This document shows, in pieces, positions 17,149 to 26,758 of a stretch of 44,573 bases of DNA. This DNA comes from Pirellulales bacterium (GTDB lineage Bacteria > Planctomycetota > Planctomycetia > Pirellulales > UBA1268). The stretch is taken from NCBI GenBank assembly GCA_044344765.1, contig JBIJCJ010000001.1, forward strand, positions 1-44,573. Direction: 5' to 3'. The notes below the pieces were generated by a model. That model was not told the origin of the DNA. It ran no database searches and worked only from the letters and a program-made list of their open reading frames with translations. The first letter of the stretch is position 1; the number at the start of each line of letters is the position of its first letter. Both the position numbers and the translations under genes were made by a program.

Positions 17149-18357
17149 TCAGGCCGGCTCGAAGAGGGCGACGCTGGCGGTGAAGCCGTGCAGGCAGTTG
17201 AGCCGGCCGATGGGGCCAATCTCGCCCTGGGCGAAGAATCCCGCGGCCGGCAGCGGCCCGAGGACGTTCTGCACGCAGCGGGCGTCGTGATGCGGAGCGG
17301 CGAAGAGCCGGCTGCCGCGGCCGTTGCAGGTGAAGACCAGGGCGCCGGCGGGCAGGCTGCCGGCGGCCTGCGCGGCGTGGAGCAACCGTTCCAGGTCGTC
17401 GTGGGCGCTGGCCGCGTCGCGGACGTGGAACTGCACCGTCTGCCCCGTGCGGACGAGGTCGCCGATCGCGATCACGCCCGACTCCGGATCGGCGCCGACG
17501 ACGTTTCGCACCAGGAAGTCGCCGGCCTGAAACGCCGCCTGATACTCGCTCGCCACCCGGCCGACGTGCAACGATGACCGCACGAGCTCGCGGTCCGTGG
17601 CATCGAGGGTGCTGTAGATTTCGCGCAGCCGCTCGAGCGCGGGGCGGCCGCCGAGTTCGTGGATCACGTTGGCCTGGGCCCGCGTGATCACCAGCGGCGT
17701 GCCAATCGGTCGGCAGCCCTGCGAGACGACGGGCCGCACCCGCACGCAGCCGCCCACGACGACACCGACCGCGCCGGAATCATAGGTGCCCTGGTTGCAG
17801 ACCAGCGTGTTGCTGCCCGGGGTCATGCCGCCGCTGGCCATGCCGCCCACGATCGGCACGCCGGGATGATCCGCGGCAAGCCGCTGGATGAGGGCGTCGA
17901 CGGGACACGAAAACGGATCGGCGAGCAGGACCAGCGCGGCATTCTCCGGCCACGCGTCCTCGAGTTCGGGCGGCCAGCCGACGAACATCCCGCCGTCGGG
18001 CGTCTGTGCATACTCCAGCGCCAGCGGCGTGACCACCGCGCCCGGCAGCCGGGCCAGCCAGAGCGCGACGGCGGGGCCGCCTTCGTGCTCGGTGTCGCCG
18101 GCGAGCACGCCCTCGGCCGTCGTGCCGAGGACGACCCGCGCGGGCACGAGGTCGGCGAGCCCGTCGAGCGCCGGCCGCACCGCCGTGCCGTAGGCCGACG
18201 ACACGAACGCCACCGCGAGGTCGGCCTGCCCGCCCGGCCCGAGCGCGGCTCTCGCGGCGGCCACGGCCTCGCGGAGGGCGGCGCCGATTTCCCGCTGCGT
18301 CGAGCAGCCGGCGCCGCAGCGCGGCCCGGTCGCGGCAGCCCCGGTTCCCGGGGTCAT
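17149..18357 (-). CDS. FIST (N+C) domain protein
   Basis: Start at ATG 18357, forming an ATGA overlap with the mtnC stop. 402 aa. C-terminal pattern FTCNGRGSRLF...AGFFAQGEIGPIGRLNCLHGFTASVALF is typical of FIST_C. The upstream part of the 516-aa track ORF is an Arg-rich out-of-frame extension. Confidence 0.8.
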   Translation of the reverse strand: MTPGTGAAATGPRCGAGCSTQREIGAALREAVAAARAALGPGGQADLAVAFVSSAYGTAVRPALDGLADLVPARVVLGTTAEGVLAGDTEHEGGPAVALWLARLPGAVVTPLALEYAQTPDGGMFVGWPPELEDAWPENAALVLLADPFSCPVDALIQRLAADHPGVPIVGGMASGGMTPGSNTLVCNQGTYDSGAVGVVVGGCVRVRPVVSQGCRPIGTPLVITRAQANVIHELGGRPALERLREIYSTLDATDRELVRSSLHVGRVASEYQAAFQAGDFLVRNVVGADPESGVIAIGDLVRTGQTVQFHVRDAASAHDDLERLLHAAQAAGSLPAGALVFTCNGRGSRLFAAPHHDARCVQNVLGPLPAAGFFAQGEIGPIGRLNCLHGFTASVALFEPA

Positions 18358-19067
18358 GTCACGATCTCGGCGAACGAGGCGATCGGCTCGTGCTCCAGCA
18401 GGCCCCCCGGGTCGCGGTTCCCGGGCCGCACGGCCAAGGCGGTGGCCATGCCCGCCTGCCGCGCGGCGTCGAGTTCGGCTCCGACGTCGCTCACGAACAG
18501 GATTTGCCGCGGCTCCAGGCCCATGTCGGCGGCGATCGCCGTGTAGCTGGCCGCCTCCCGCTTCGGGCCGGTCGTGGTGTCGTAGTGGCCGCGGAGGTGC
18601 GCGGTCAGGTCGCCGGCCGCGGTGTGGCCGAAGAACAGCTTCTGGGCCTCGATCGACCCGGACGAATAGATCCGCACGTCGAGCCCGGCATCGGCCCACT
18701 GGGCGAGGGCCAAAGGCACGTCGTCGAAGACGTGGGCCACGAGCGTGCCCGACTCGAAGCCGCTCCGCCAGATCATGCCCTGGAGCGCCTTGAGCGACGT
18801 GTCCTTGAGGTCGCGGTTCATGAGGTCCACCGCTGCCAGGGCCACCCGCCCGCGGCCTTCGGCCGTGGCCACGTCTACGGGGGGCAGGCCCGCGGCCGCG
18901 GCGATTCCCAGGGCGGCCGCACGGACGAGCGGGTCGTCCGCGTGGGCTGCGAGAAACTCACCAAGGTGCGTCTTCGCGTGGGCGAAGAGCACGTCGTAGA
19001 CGAACGAGATCGAAGACGTCGTGCCCTCGACGTCGAGAAGGATGCCCCGGCCGTCGAAGACGATCAC
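18354..19067 (-). CDS. mtnC: Enolase-phosphatase E1 (acireductone synthase), HAD superfamily
   Basis: HAD motif [10 protein letters not shown]. Also [23 protein letters not shown] and [18 protein letters not shown]. Start is either GTG 19067 (GTGA overlap with the mtnD stop) or ATG 19097. Confidence 0.8.
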   Translation of the reverse strand: MIVFDGRGILLDVEGTTSSISFVYDVLFAHAKTHLGEFLAAHADDPLVRAAALGIAAAAGLPPVDVATAEGRGRVALAAVDLMNRDLKDTSLKALQGMIWRSGFESGTLVAHVFDDVPLALAQWADAGLDVRIYSSGSIEAQKLFFGHTAAGDLTAHLRGHYDTTTGPKREAASYTAIAADMGLEPRQILFVSDVGAELDAARQAGMATALAVRPGNRDPGGLLEHEPIASFAEIVT

Positions 19068-19633
19068 GACGCGGCCTTTCCGCTGCCGGCCACCCATGCC
19101 GGGCCGAGGCAGAGCGGCTCGTAGCCGCCGTGCACGCCGGCGTCGAGATAGTGGGGCGTCCACCCGCTCGTGTCTTGAAAGAGGCGGATGGCGCGAATCC
19201 GGCGGTCCGTGCACAGGTCGAACCAGTGCCGCGTGCCCAGCGGCACGCTGATCAGGTCGCCGGCCCAGACTTCGATGGCGTACACCGGCCGGTCCACGGG
19301 GTTGATGTGGAACACCCCCCTGCCCTGGAGGATGAACCGCACCTCGTCCTCGGTATGCGTGTGCTCCTTGGAGAACTTGGCGAGCATCACGTCGAGGTTC
19401 GGCGTGTCGGGATAGACGTCGATCACGTCGGCCGTGACGAAGCCCCCGCGGCGTTTGAGTTCGTCGATCTCCGGCGCGTAGGCGGCGAGGATCCGCTCGG
19501 CCGGGGCCGCCGGGTCGACGCGGTCCTCGAGCGGCCAGATCTCGTAGTGCAGGCCGTGGGCATTGAGAAAGGCCTTGATCTCGGCCGGGTCGGTGATGCG
19601 GCGGTTCTCCGCGGGCACGGTGACGATCGCCAT
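19064..19633 (-). CDS. mtnD: Acireductone dioxygenase (ARD)
   Basis: Start at ATG 19633 ([23 protein letters not shown]). Cupin metal motif [22 protein letters not shown]...GTRHWF. RBS GAGGAGG lies upstream. Confidence 0.85.
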   Translation of the reverse strand: MAIVTVPAENRRITDPAEIKAFLNAHGLHYEIWPLEDRVDPAAPAERILAAYAPEIDELKRRGGFVTADVIDVYPDTPNLDVMLAKFSKEHTHTEDEVRFILQGRGVFHINPVDRPVYAIEVWAGDLISVPLGTRHWFDLCTDRRIRAIRLFQDTSGWTPHYLDAGVHGGYEPLCLGPAWVAGSGKAAS

Positions 19634-19662
19634 GTCTGGTGCGCCTCCTCGGGCTGTTCCTA

Positions 19663-20394
<732 letters not shown>

Positions 20395-20503
20395 ATGATC
20401 CAGACTGTATGCCAACCGGCTCCGCCTTGGCAACGACGCCGGTTTCGCCCGGGGCGGGGCACGCACCCGTGGCCGGCCTTACGGGTCGTCGCGCGTTGCC
20501 CTT

Positions 20504-20586
20504 GAAGCCCGAGGCGTGAGCCGAGGGAATGCGGCCGGGCTTCAAGAGAGACGACGCGTATTCCCTCAGCTCGCGCTTCGGGCTTC
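20504..20586 (+). repeat. Solo copy of the 83-nt palindromic element
   Basis: 30-position stem from GAAGCCCGAGGCGTGAGCCGAGGGAATGCG and CGTATTCCCTCAGCTCGCGCTTCGGGCTTC. Read on the plus strand it has 26 Watson-Crick pairs, 3 G-U pairs and 1 mismatch. It belongs to the same family as the units at 35208-35557. Confidence 0.85.
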
Positions 20587-20629
20587 CCGGCAAGCGGGCA
20601 TGACCGTTCGGCCGGCGTTGCCGGGGGGT

Positions 20630-22105
20630 TCACAGGTACGGGCTGAAGAGCCGGGCGATGCCGTCGCGGAGCCGTACCGGCAGGCTGCGGCCGTCCACCT
20701 CGGCCAGCGTCTTGGGCCGCGATCGGGCGATGACGTCGGCGATCCGGCGATCGAGCCTGGCCGCCAGGTCGCGGTCGTAGGTCTCGACGTTGAACTCGAA
20801 GTTTAGCCTCATGCTCCGATCGTCCCAGTTGCCGCTGCCGAACAGGGCCCACGAGGCGTCGACGGTCATCAGTTTGGAGTGCTCGAACGGCGGCGGCGAC
20901 ATCCACACGTTGCAGCCCTTGCCGAGCACCTGCCAGAGCAATGCCGTCGAGGCCCAGCCGACCAGGGCCAGGTTGTTCTCCTCGGGGAGCACGATGTCCA
21001 CCCGCACGCCGCGCATCGCGGCCACGTCGAGAGCCTGGCAGATGGCGTCGTCGGGCAGGAAATACGGCGTCATGATCCGCACCGACTGCTGTGCGGCCGC
21101 CAGCGCCCCCACGAGCACGAGTTTGATGCGGCCGATGTCGGGATCGTCGGGACCGAAGCGGATGCCGCGGGCGAGCGCCGTGCCGGCCTTCGTCAGGTCG
21201 GGCTCCCAGGCCGGTCCGGAGAGCGCTTCCTCGGCCGCGAACGCCCAGTCCTCCGTGAACACCTCGAGCAGCTGGGCCACGATCGGTCCGCGGAGCTCGA
21301 AGTGCGTGTCACGGACCGGATGCCGCGGCTGGTGGGCCAGCCAGCAGCCGTCGCGGAAGTTGAGGCCACCGGTGAAGCCGACGGCGCCGTCCACGACCAT
21401 GATCTTGCGATGGTTCCGCAGGTTGGCATACGGAAAATAGAAGGGCACGGTGGTCGGCAGGAACCGCTCCACCCGCACGCCCTTGCGGGCCAGCACGCCG
21501 ACGATCGACGGAAAGGTGTACGACGAGCCGATGCCGTCGATGAGCACCCGCACCTCCACACCCCGGGCCATGGCCCGGGCCAGCGCGTCGGCGAAGATCC
21601 GGCCCGTGGGGTCGTTGTCGAAGATGTACGAGGCGAGGCCGATGCTCCGCCGCGCGCGGTCGATCGCCTCCAGCATCCGCGGGTAGGCCTCGTCGCCGCC
21701 GGTCAGCGGCTCGATCGCGTTGCCGTCCACCAGCGGCCGGTCGGTGACCGCGCCGACGAGCGTGGCCAGCGACCGCAGCGGCGCGTTCTCATGGCCGATC
21801 GCTGCCTCCAGGCGGACCTTGTCCGGCACGGCGCCGTGCAATTCGTGGAGCACGCGGGCCTGCCCCGACCGGAGCTGCGTTGCCCGGGAGCGGATCCGAT
21901 TCACGCCCAGCACGGCGTAGGCGATCGCGCCGAACACCGGCGAGAGCCAGATCAGGCCGACCCACCCGATCGTGCTCCGCGTGTCGCGCTTGACGAGGAT
22001 CGCATGCGCGGAGGCCGCGACGTTGATGGCGAGCACCGACGCCGTCAGTACGTGCGGCCAGAGCGTGATCCACCACCGCCACGCATCGGCCAGGAACGTC
22101 TCCAT
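20630..22105 (-). CDS. cls: Cardiolipin synthase (PLD superfamily)
   Basis: Two N-terminal TM helices and two HKD motifs (HRKIMVVDG and HSKLMTVDA). 491 aa. Confidence 0.9.
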   Translation of the reverse strand: METFLADAWRWWITLWPHVLTASVLAINVAASAHAILVKRDTRSTIGWVGLIWLSPVFGAIAYAVLGVNRIRSRATQLRSGQARVLHELHGAVPDKVRLEAAIGHENAPLRSLATLVGAVTDRPLVDGNAIEPLTGGDEAYPRMLEAIDRARRSIGLASYIFDNDPTGRIFADALARAMARGVEVRVLIDGIGSSYTFPSIVGVLARKGVRVERFLPTTVPFYFPYANLRNHRKIMVVDGAVGFTGGLNFRDGCWLAHQPRHPVRDTHFELRGPIVAQLLEVFTEDWAFAAEEALSGPAWEPDLTKAGTALARGIRFGPDDPDIGRIKLVLVGALAAAQQSVRIMTPYFLPDDAICQALDVAAMRGVRVDIVLPEENNLALVGWASTALLWQVLGKGCNVWMSPPPFEHSKLMTVDASWALFGSGNWDDRSMRLNFEFNVETYDRDLAARLDRRIADVIARSRPKTLAEVDGRSLPVRLRDGIARLFSPYL

Positions 22106-22120
22106 GTCGCAAGCATAACC

Positions 22121-22145
22121 CGGGCACGACGGTCGGAGATCGCCG
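22121..22145 (+). repeat. Isolated copy of the tail module of the repeat family
   Basis: CGGGCACGACGGTCGGAGATCGCCG compared with CGGGCACGACGGTCAGAGACCGCCG in both full tandem units (35324-35348 and 35471-35495): 23 of 25 identical by eye. It lies 16-40 nt upstream of the cls start codon. Confidence 0.55.
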
Positions 22146-22156
22146 CTCGTGCGCCG

Positions 22157-23614
22157 CTACCCGGTTTCGGCCGCGGTCTTGATGGCCTTCATCCGCCCGG
22201 CCTCGGGCTCCATCCGCTTGTAGTAGTCGTCGAGCGGATAGCAGCCGCTGCGGAGGCCGTTGCGCGGGGCGGTCGTGCAGTCGCTGAACGTGCGGCAGAT
22301 CCGCCCCCGGGCCAGCGTCTTGCCGGCCAGCGCGTCGGCCGGCAGCTCGGGGTACGAGAGCACCATCCGCCCCAGCCCTACGATGTCCACGAGCCCGTGG
22401 CGCACGGCCGCCTGGGCGGCGTGCACGATGTAGTCCTGGAGGTAGGTGTAGCCCGACCCCACGATGACGAGCTCCGGCACCGCCGCCTTGGCGCGGCCTA
22501 CCGCCTCGATCTGCCGCCACACGCCGATGAGCGGATCCTCCGGCGGCGGATAGCCGTCGGAGGGCGGAAACGCGGCGGGCCGCTGGATGTGCGGCACCGT
22601 GTAGGGCGACCCGGCGGAGAGGTTGACGGTCTCGACGCCCTCGGCGTGGAGCGTCTTCAAGAGCCGGATCGGCTCGGCGAGGTCCATTCGTGTCGGATCG
22701 GCCTCGTCCACCCCGAAGCCGCAGTCGTAGGGGAGCGCGTCCGCGTGGGGAAACGGCGCGCCGTGGTCGCCCACCTTGTGCCAGGGCACGACGTCGAAGA
22801 GCGAGAGCCGCACGCAGACCCGCAGGCCGGGCAGCTCGCTGCGGACGCGGCCGATGATCGTCCGCAAGAGCCGCGTGCGGCCCTCGAAGTCGCCGCCATA
22901 TTTTCCGGGCCGCCGTCGGGCCGAGAGAAACTCGTGCAGCAGATACCCGTGGCAGGCCTTGATGTCCACCATGTCGAAGCCGGCCGCCGCGGCGTCGTGC
23001 GCCGCCGCCAGGTAGGCGTCGATCAGCCGCTCGACGTCGTCGTCGGTGAGCACGCAGGCCGTGTCGTGCGGGTCCACCTTGTGCTTGGCGTCGAGCACCG
23101 GGTGGTGGTAGGCGATCCGGGGGCGGAAGCCGGCGGCGGTGGGCTTCGAGAACCGCCCGGAGTGGGTGAGCTGCAACGCCACGAGCAGGTCGTCGGACGT
23201 GCCGTGCATCTCCCGATGGGCGGCCCGCGTCGTCTCCACGAGCGCAGCCATGCCTGCGCGGCCGCAGGCCGGGGCGCAGAGCTGGTTCGGGTTGGCACGG
23301 CCCTCGGCCACCACGGCCACCGCCTCGCCGCCCCAGACGAACTTCGCGCCGCTGGTGCCGAAGTGCCGCCAACGGCGGAGGAGGATCTCGGTCGGCCGGC
23401 CGTCGGCCGTCGCGTCCCAGCCCTCCATCGGATGGATGCACCAGCGGTTGCCGACGGTTCGGCCGTGGATCGTGATCGGCGCCGCCAGCGGCGAGCCCTG
23501 GGCCGCGGAGAGCGGCTCGTCATCGAGGGGAATCGGGGCGCCGATGCCGGCGCAATGCGCCCGCAGGTCGGCGACGGTGCGGAAGCGGGCGATGCGGGGA
23601 ACGTGGAGGCTCAT
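22157..23614 (-). CDS. NADH:flavin oxidoreductase, Old Yellow Enzyme family
   Basis: Start at ATG 23614 (MSLHVPRIARF). Motifs LQLTHSGR and DIKACHGYLLHEFLSARRRPGKYGGDFEGRTRLL. Cys-rich C-terminal stretch ICRTFSDCTT...GCYPLD. The 919-aa track ORF is an upstream extension. Confidence 0.85.
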   Translation of the reverse strand: MSLHVPRIARFRTVADLRAHCAGIGAPIPLDDEPLSAAQGSPLAAPITIHGRTVGNRWCIHPMEGWDATADGRPTEILLRRWRHFGTSGAKFVWGGEAVAVVAEGRANPNQLCAPACGRAGMAALVETTRAAHREMHGTSDDLLVALQLTHSGRFSKPTAAGFRPRIAYHHPVLDAKHKVDPHDTACVLTDDDVERLIDAYLAAAHDAAAAGFDMVDIKACHGYLLHEFLSARRRPGKYGGDFEGRTRLLRTIIGRVRSELPGLRVCVRLSLFDVVPWHKVGDHGAPFPHADALPYDCGFGVDEADPTRMDLAEPIRLLKTLHAEGVETVNLSAGSPYTVPHIQRPAAFPPSDGYPPPEDPLIGVWRQIEAVGRAKAAVPELVIVGSGYTYLQDYIVHAAQAAVRHGLVDIVGLGRMVLSYPELPADALAGKTLARGRICRTFSDCTTAPRNGLRSGCYPLDDYYKRMEPEAGRMKAIKTAAETG

Positions 23615-23640
23615 GGTCCGGCTCCTCGGCGCGGCGGCGG

Positions 23641-25017
23641 TCAGGCGAAGAAGGTCAGGTACGGTCCGCCGCCGGCGAGCCGGAGAAGATAGAGCGCGAG
23701 TTCGCGGGCGTGGTAGTCGCCCCACATCGCCGCCTCGCCGCAGGGCACCGTGCGGCCGGGAGGCACGTGGTCCCAGCCGTTGGGCCTGTGGTAGACGGTG
23801 TGCAGCAGCAGGCCCTCGTGGTCCGGGTCGGTGCTCAGGTACGGATCGGCGAAGATCGTGCGGGCGACGGTCAGGCCGGCCGCGAGGTAGCGCTGCCCCG
23901 CAGCGGGATCCCCATGGCGCTCCAGCCAGCGGCCGAGCCGCAGGAGCCCCTGGGCCGCGATCGCCGCCGCGGAGCTGTCCACCGGCTCGTGGTCGTTGAA
24001 GGGTTCGGCCGGCCGGTTCAGGTAGTCGCCCATCCGCGTCAGGCCCGGGGCGCCGGTGTCCCAGTAGGGCACGCCGTCGGTCGGCGTCTGCTCGAGGTAG
24101 AAGTCGGCCGCGGCGAGCGCCGTGTCGAGGAACCGGCGCAGCACGGCCTCCTTGCCGCCGTACGGGGCGAACTCCGCCGCGTCGAGCGTCTCCAGGAACT
24201 CGAGCTGCTCCGGGTAGCCGCACAGCACCCAGGCGTGGCCTCGGGTCCAGGTCGTGAACGGCGAGTAGCCCTGCTGCGAGCTGGGGCAGCGGTAGGCGCC
24301 GTCGTTGGTGTTGAACACCGATTCGTGGACCACGCGGCCGCGAATGTCGTACACGTCGCGGCCCGTGCCGAAATAGACGTTGTAGCGGGCCGTGGCGTCG
24401 GCGTGCTGGATGATCCGGCCGAGCAGCGAGAAGGCCTTGTCGTTCTCCCCCATCAGCCGGTGGCCGAGGATGTGGGCCACGGCCAGGGCCCGCATCGTGC
24501 GGATCGTGTCGGAAAACAGCGAGTGCGGGCCGTTGAAGGAGTAGACGTAGCCGAGGTCGGGGGTGAGCTGCGTCCAGCGGGCGGCCTGCACCGCCCCGCT
24601 GGCCTTGACCGCCAGGTCGTAGAAGTGGCCCTCCCAGGCGTCGGCCGGCAGCCGCCCTTCGCGGAGCAGGCGGCGGAGGTTGCCGTAGGTGCTGACGTTG
24701 TTGAACCCATGGTCGTGGACGCCGACGTGGGTCACGTGCGAGGCCATCAGCTGCAGCGTTCCCGTGCGGCCGATCCGCAGCATCTCCTCGTCGCCGGTGG
24801 CGTCGAACTGCAGGATCGCGCTGCCGTACTGAAAGCCCTGGGTCCACTCGGTCCAGCCGCGGGAGGTGTACTTCCCGGCGACGGTGAACACGGGCGTGCC
24901 GTCGGCGTCGCGCCACCGCTTCTGGAGTGCGGTGATCTTCGGGCCGGAGGCGGCGAACAGCCGGCGGGCTGCCGGCTCGAGGGCCCGGGGGGTGAGCGTG
25001 GTGTCGATCTGGATCAT
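23641..25017 (-). CDS. Glycoside hydrolase family 88-like (unsaturated glucuronyl hydrolase-like)
   Basis: Start at ATG 25017 (MIQIDTTLTP). Motifs HVGVHDHGFNN, WTRGHAW and VPYWDTGAPG are typical of the (alpha/alpha)6 GH88/GH105 group as I recall it. Confidence 0.65.
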   Translation of the reverse strand: MIQIDTTLTPRALEPAARRLFAASGPKITALQKRWRDADGTPVFTVAGKYTSRGWTEWTQGFQYGSAILQFDATGDEEMLRIGRTGTLQLMASHVTHVGVHDHGFNNVSTYGNLRRLLREGRLPADAWEGHFYDLAVKASGAVQAARWTQLTPDLGYVYSFNGPHSLFSDTIRTMRALAVAHILGHRLMGENDKAFSLLGRIIQHADATARYNVYFGTGRDVYDIRGRVVHESVFNTNDGAYRCPSSQQGYSPFTTWTRGHAWVLCGYPEQLEFLETLDAAEFAPYGGKEAVLRRFLDTALAAADFYLEQTPTDGVPYWDTGAPGLTRMGDYLNRPAEPFNDHEPVDSSAAAIAAQGLLRLGRWLERHGDPAAGQRYLAAGLTVARTIFADPYLSTDPDHEGLLLHTVYHRPNGWDHVPPGRTVPCGEAAMWGDYHARELALYLLRLAGGGPYLTFFA

Positions 25018-25055
25018 GGGATCTCCCGGTGGCCGCGGCTCCTGTGTGATGCGTC

Positions 25056-25844
25056 TTACAGCCTGCGGAGGTGGAAGCCGCCGTCGACGTCGATCACGGC
25101 GCCGGTGCTGAATGGAAAGTCGCCGCGGACGACGGCGGCCACGGCGCGGCCCACGTCGTCGGCCGTGCCCCAGCGGCCCTGCGGCACGAGGCCGCCGGCG
25201 ATCAGGGCGTCGTACTTCTCGGTGACGGCCGCGGTCATGTCGGTCTTCATGATCCCGGGCCGCACCTCGTAGACGTTCACGCCCGCCTCGGCCAGCCGCA
25301 CGGCCCACAGCTCCCGGGCCATCGAGAGCCCGGCCTTGGCGATGCAGTAGTCGCCGCGGGCCACCGAGGCGGTGTGGGCGGAGATCGACGTCACGAACAC
25401 GAGCTTGAAGCCGCCGGGCAGCCGCGATTCCCCGGGATGCGCGAGCCACCAGCGGGCGGCGAGCTGCGTGAGGAAATACGGCCCGCGGAGGTTGACCGCC
25501 AGCACCTCGTCGAAGCTGGCCTCGTCGGCCTCCGTGATGTCGGCCCGCACGCGGGGGGCGATGCCGGCGTTGTTCACCAGCCCGTCGATCCGGCCGTACG
25601 CGGCGAGCACCGCGTCGATGCAGGCCTGCCGGGCGGGGGCGGAGGCGAGTTCCGCCGCCACGGGCACGAACCGCTGGGCGGAATCGCGGGCCGCCGCGGA
25701 GCACAAGTCGGCCGTCTCATCGGCGGCGGCGCGGTTGCTGCCGTAGTGAATCGCCACGTCGTGCCCCTCGCGGGCCAGCGCGAGGGCGATCCCCCGGCCG
25801 AGGCCGCGGCTGGCGCCGGTGACGAGATTGACGGGACGGCTCAT
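25056..25844 (-). CDS. SDR-family oxidoreductase
   Basis: TGASRGLG Rossmann motif, NNAG, and the catalytic YCIAK (YxxxK). 262 aa. Confidence 0.9.
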   Translation of the reverse strand: MSRPVNLVTGASRGLGRGIALALAREGHDVAIHYGSNRAAADETADLCSAAARDSAQRFVPVAAELASAPARQACIDAVLAAYGRIDGLVNNAGIAPRVRADITEADEASFDEVLAVNLRGPYFLTQLAARWWLAHPGESRLPGGFKLVFVTSISAHTASVARGDYCIAKAGLSMARELWAVRLAEAGVNVYEVRPGIMKTDMTAAVTEKYDALIAGGLVPQGRWGTADDVGRAVAAVVRGDFPFSTGAVIDVDGGFHLRRL

Positions 25845-25948
25845 GGTGCCAAAGACTAGCCGCCGGCCGCGAACCGCACCATGGATGGTGATCAGGCCGC
25901 GGTGGCGGTCGGTCGGGGCCCATCATCCCTCGCAAGGAACGGCAGCGC

Positions 25949-26758
25949 ATGGAATTCCACGGGTTTAGGACCGGCCTGGCCATCATCTGCGGCGGGATCG
26001 TGGCCGCGATCGCGCTGGTGGCGTTGGTGCGGAAGATGTTCTCCAAGGACACCCTCCGGCAGGCCCACGACATCACGGGCAACCTGCTCTCCGTCGTCGG
26101 CACGCTGTATGCCGTGCTCCTCGGCCTGATCGTTGTGGACGCGCTCGTCCGCTTCGAGCATGCGATCGACGTCGTGCAGAAGGAGTCGAACGCGCTGGCC
26201 GACATCTTTCTCCTTGCCGACCGCCTCCCCGAGGCGGAGCGCGGCCGGCTCCAGGAGACCTGCAAGAGCTACGCGCGGCAGGTGGTCGAGGACGAATGGC
26301 CGCTGATGGCGACTGGGCACGTGAGCATGGCCGCGCGGAAGAGCGCCTTCGCACTCACCCGTAGCCTCGACGGGTTCGAGCCTGCGACCGAGGCGCAGAA
26401 AGTGATCTATCCGATGCTGCTGGAGCAGATCCGCCAGCTCTGGGACTACCGGCGGGAGCGGGTGGGCATGGCGGAGTTCGGGATCCCGGCGGTGGAGTGG
26501 TTCGTGCTCGTCGTCGGCGGGGCGGTGACGGTGCTCTTCGGGGGGCTGTTCCGCGCCGAAAGCGTGAGCCTGCAGCGGTTTCTGACCTCGCTCGCCGCGC
26601 TGTTGATCGGCCTCAATCTGTATCTCGTGTCGCTCTTCGGCTATCCTTTTTCGGGGGAGCTCACCGTTTCGAGCCGGCCGTTCGAGGTGGACATCGCGAT
26701 CTTCGAGGGCCGCTTCGGCGACGAGCCGATCCACCGGCGAGAGCGCGGCCGCAACTGA
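25949..26758 (+). CDS. DUF4239-like membrane protein
   Basis: 269 aa with an N-terminal TM, the stretch GTLYAVLLGLIVVDALVRFE...ESNALADIFLLADRLP, and two C-terminal TMs. Family name is recalled, not searched. Confidence 0.55.
   Translation: MEFHGFRTGLAIICGGIVAAIALVALVRKMFSKDTLRQAHDITGNLLSVVGTLYAVLLGLIVVDALVRFEHAIDVVQKESNALADIFLLADRLPEAERGRLQETCKSYARQVVEDEWPLMATGHVSMAARKSAFALTRSLDGFEPATEAQKVIYPMLLEQIRQLWDYRRERVGMAEFGIPAVEWFVLVVGGAVTVLFGGLFRAESVSLQRFLTSLAALLIGLNLYLVSLFGYPFSGELTVSSRPFEVDIAIFEGRFGDEPIHRRERGRN

Noticed and set aside
20538-20600. Plus-strand strings TCAAGAGAG and CCCGGCAAGC, which resemble the start and the CCCGGCAACC box of an S-box (SAM-I) riboswitch.
   Set aside because: They lie inside the palindromic repeat. 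TCAAGAGAG is not conserved in the other copies, the GGAGGGA box is missing, and the plus strand here leads only into the antisense of cls.
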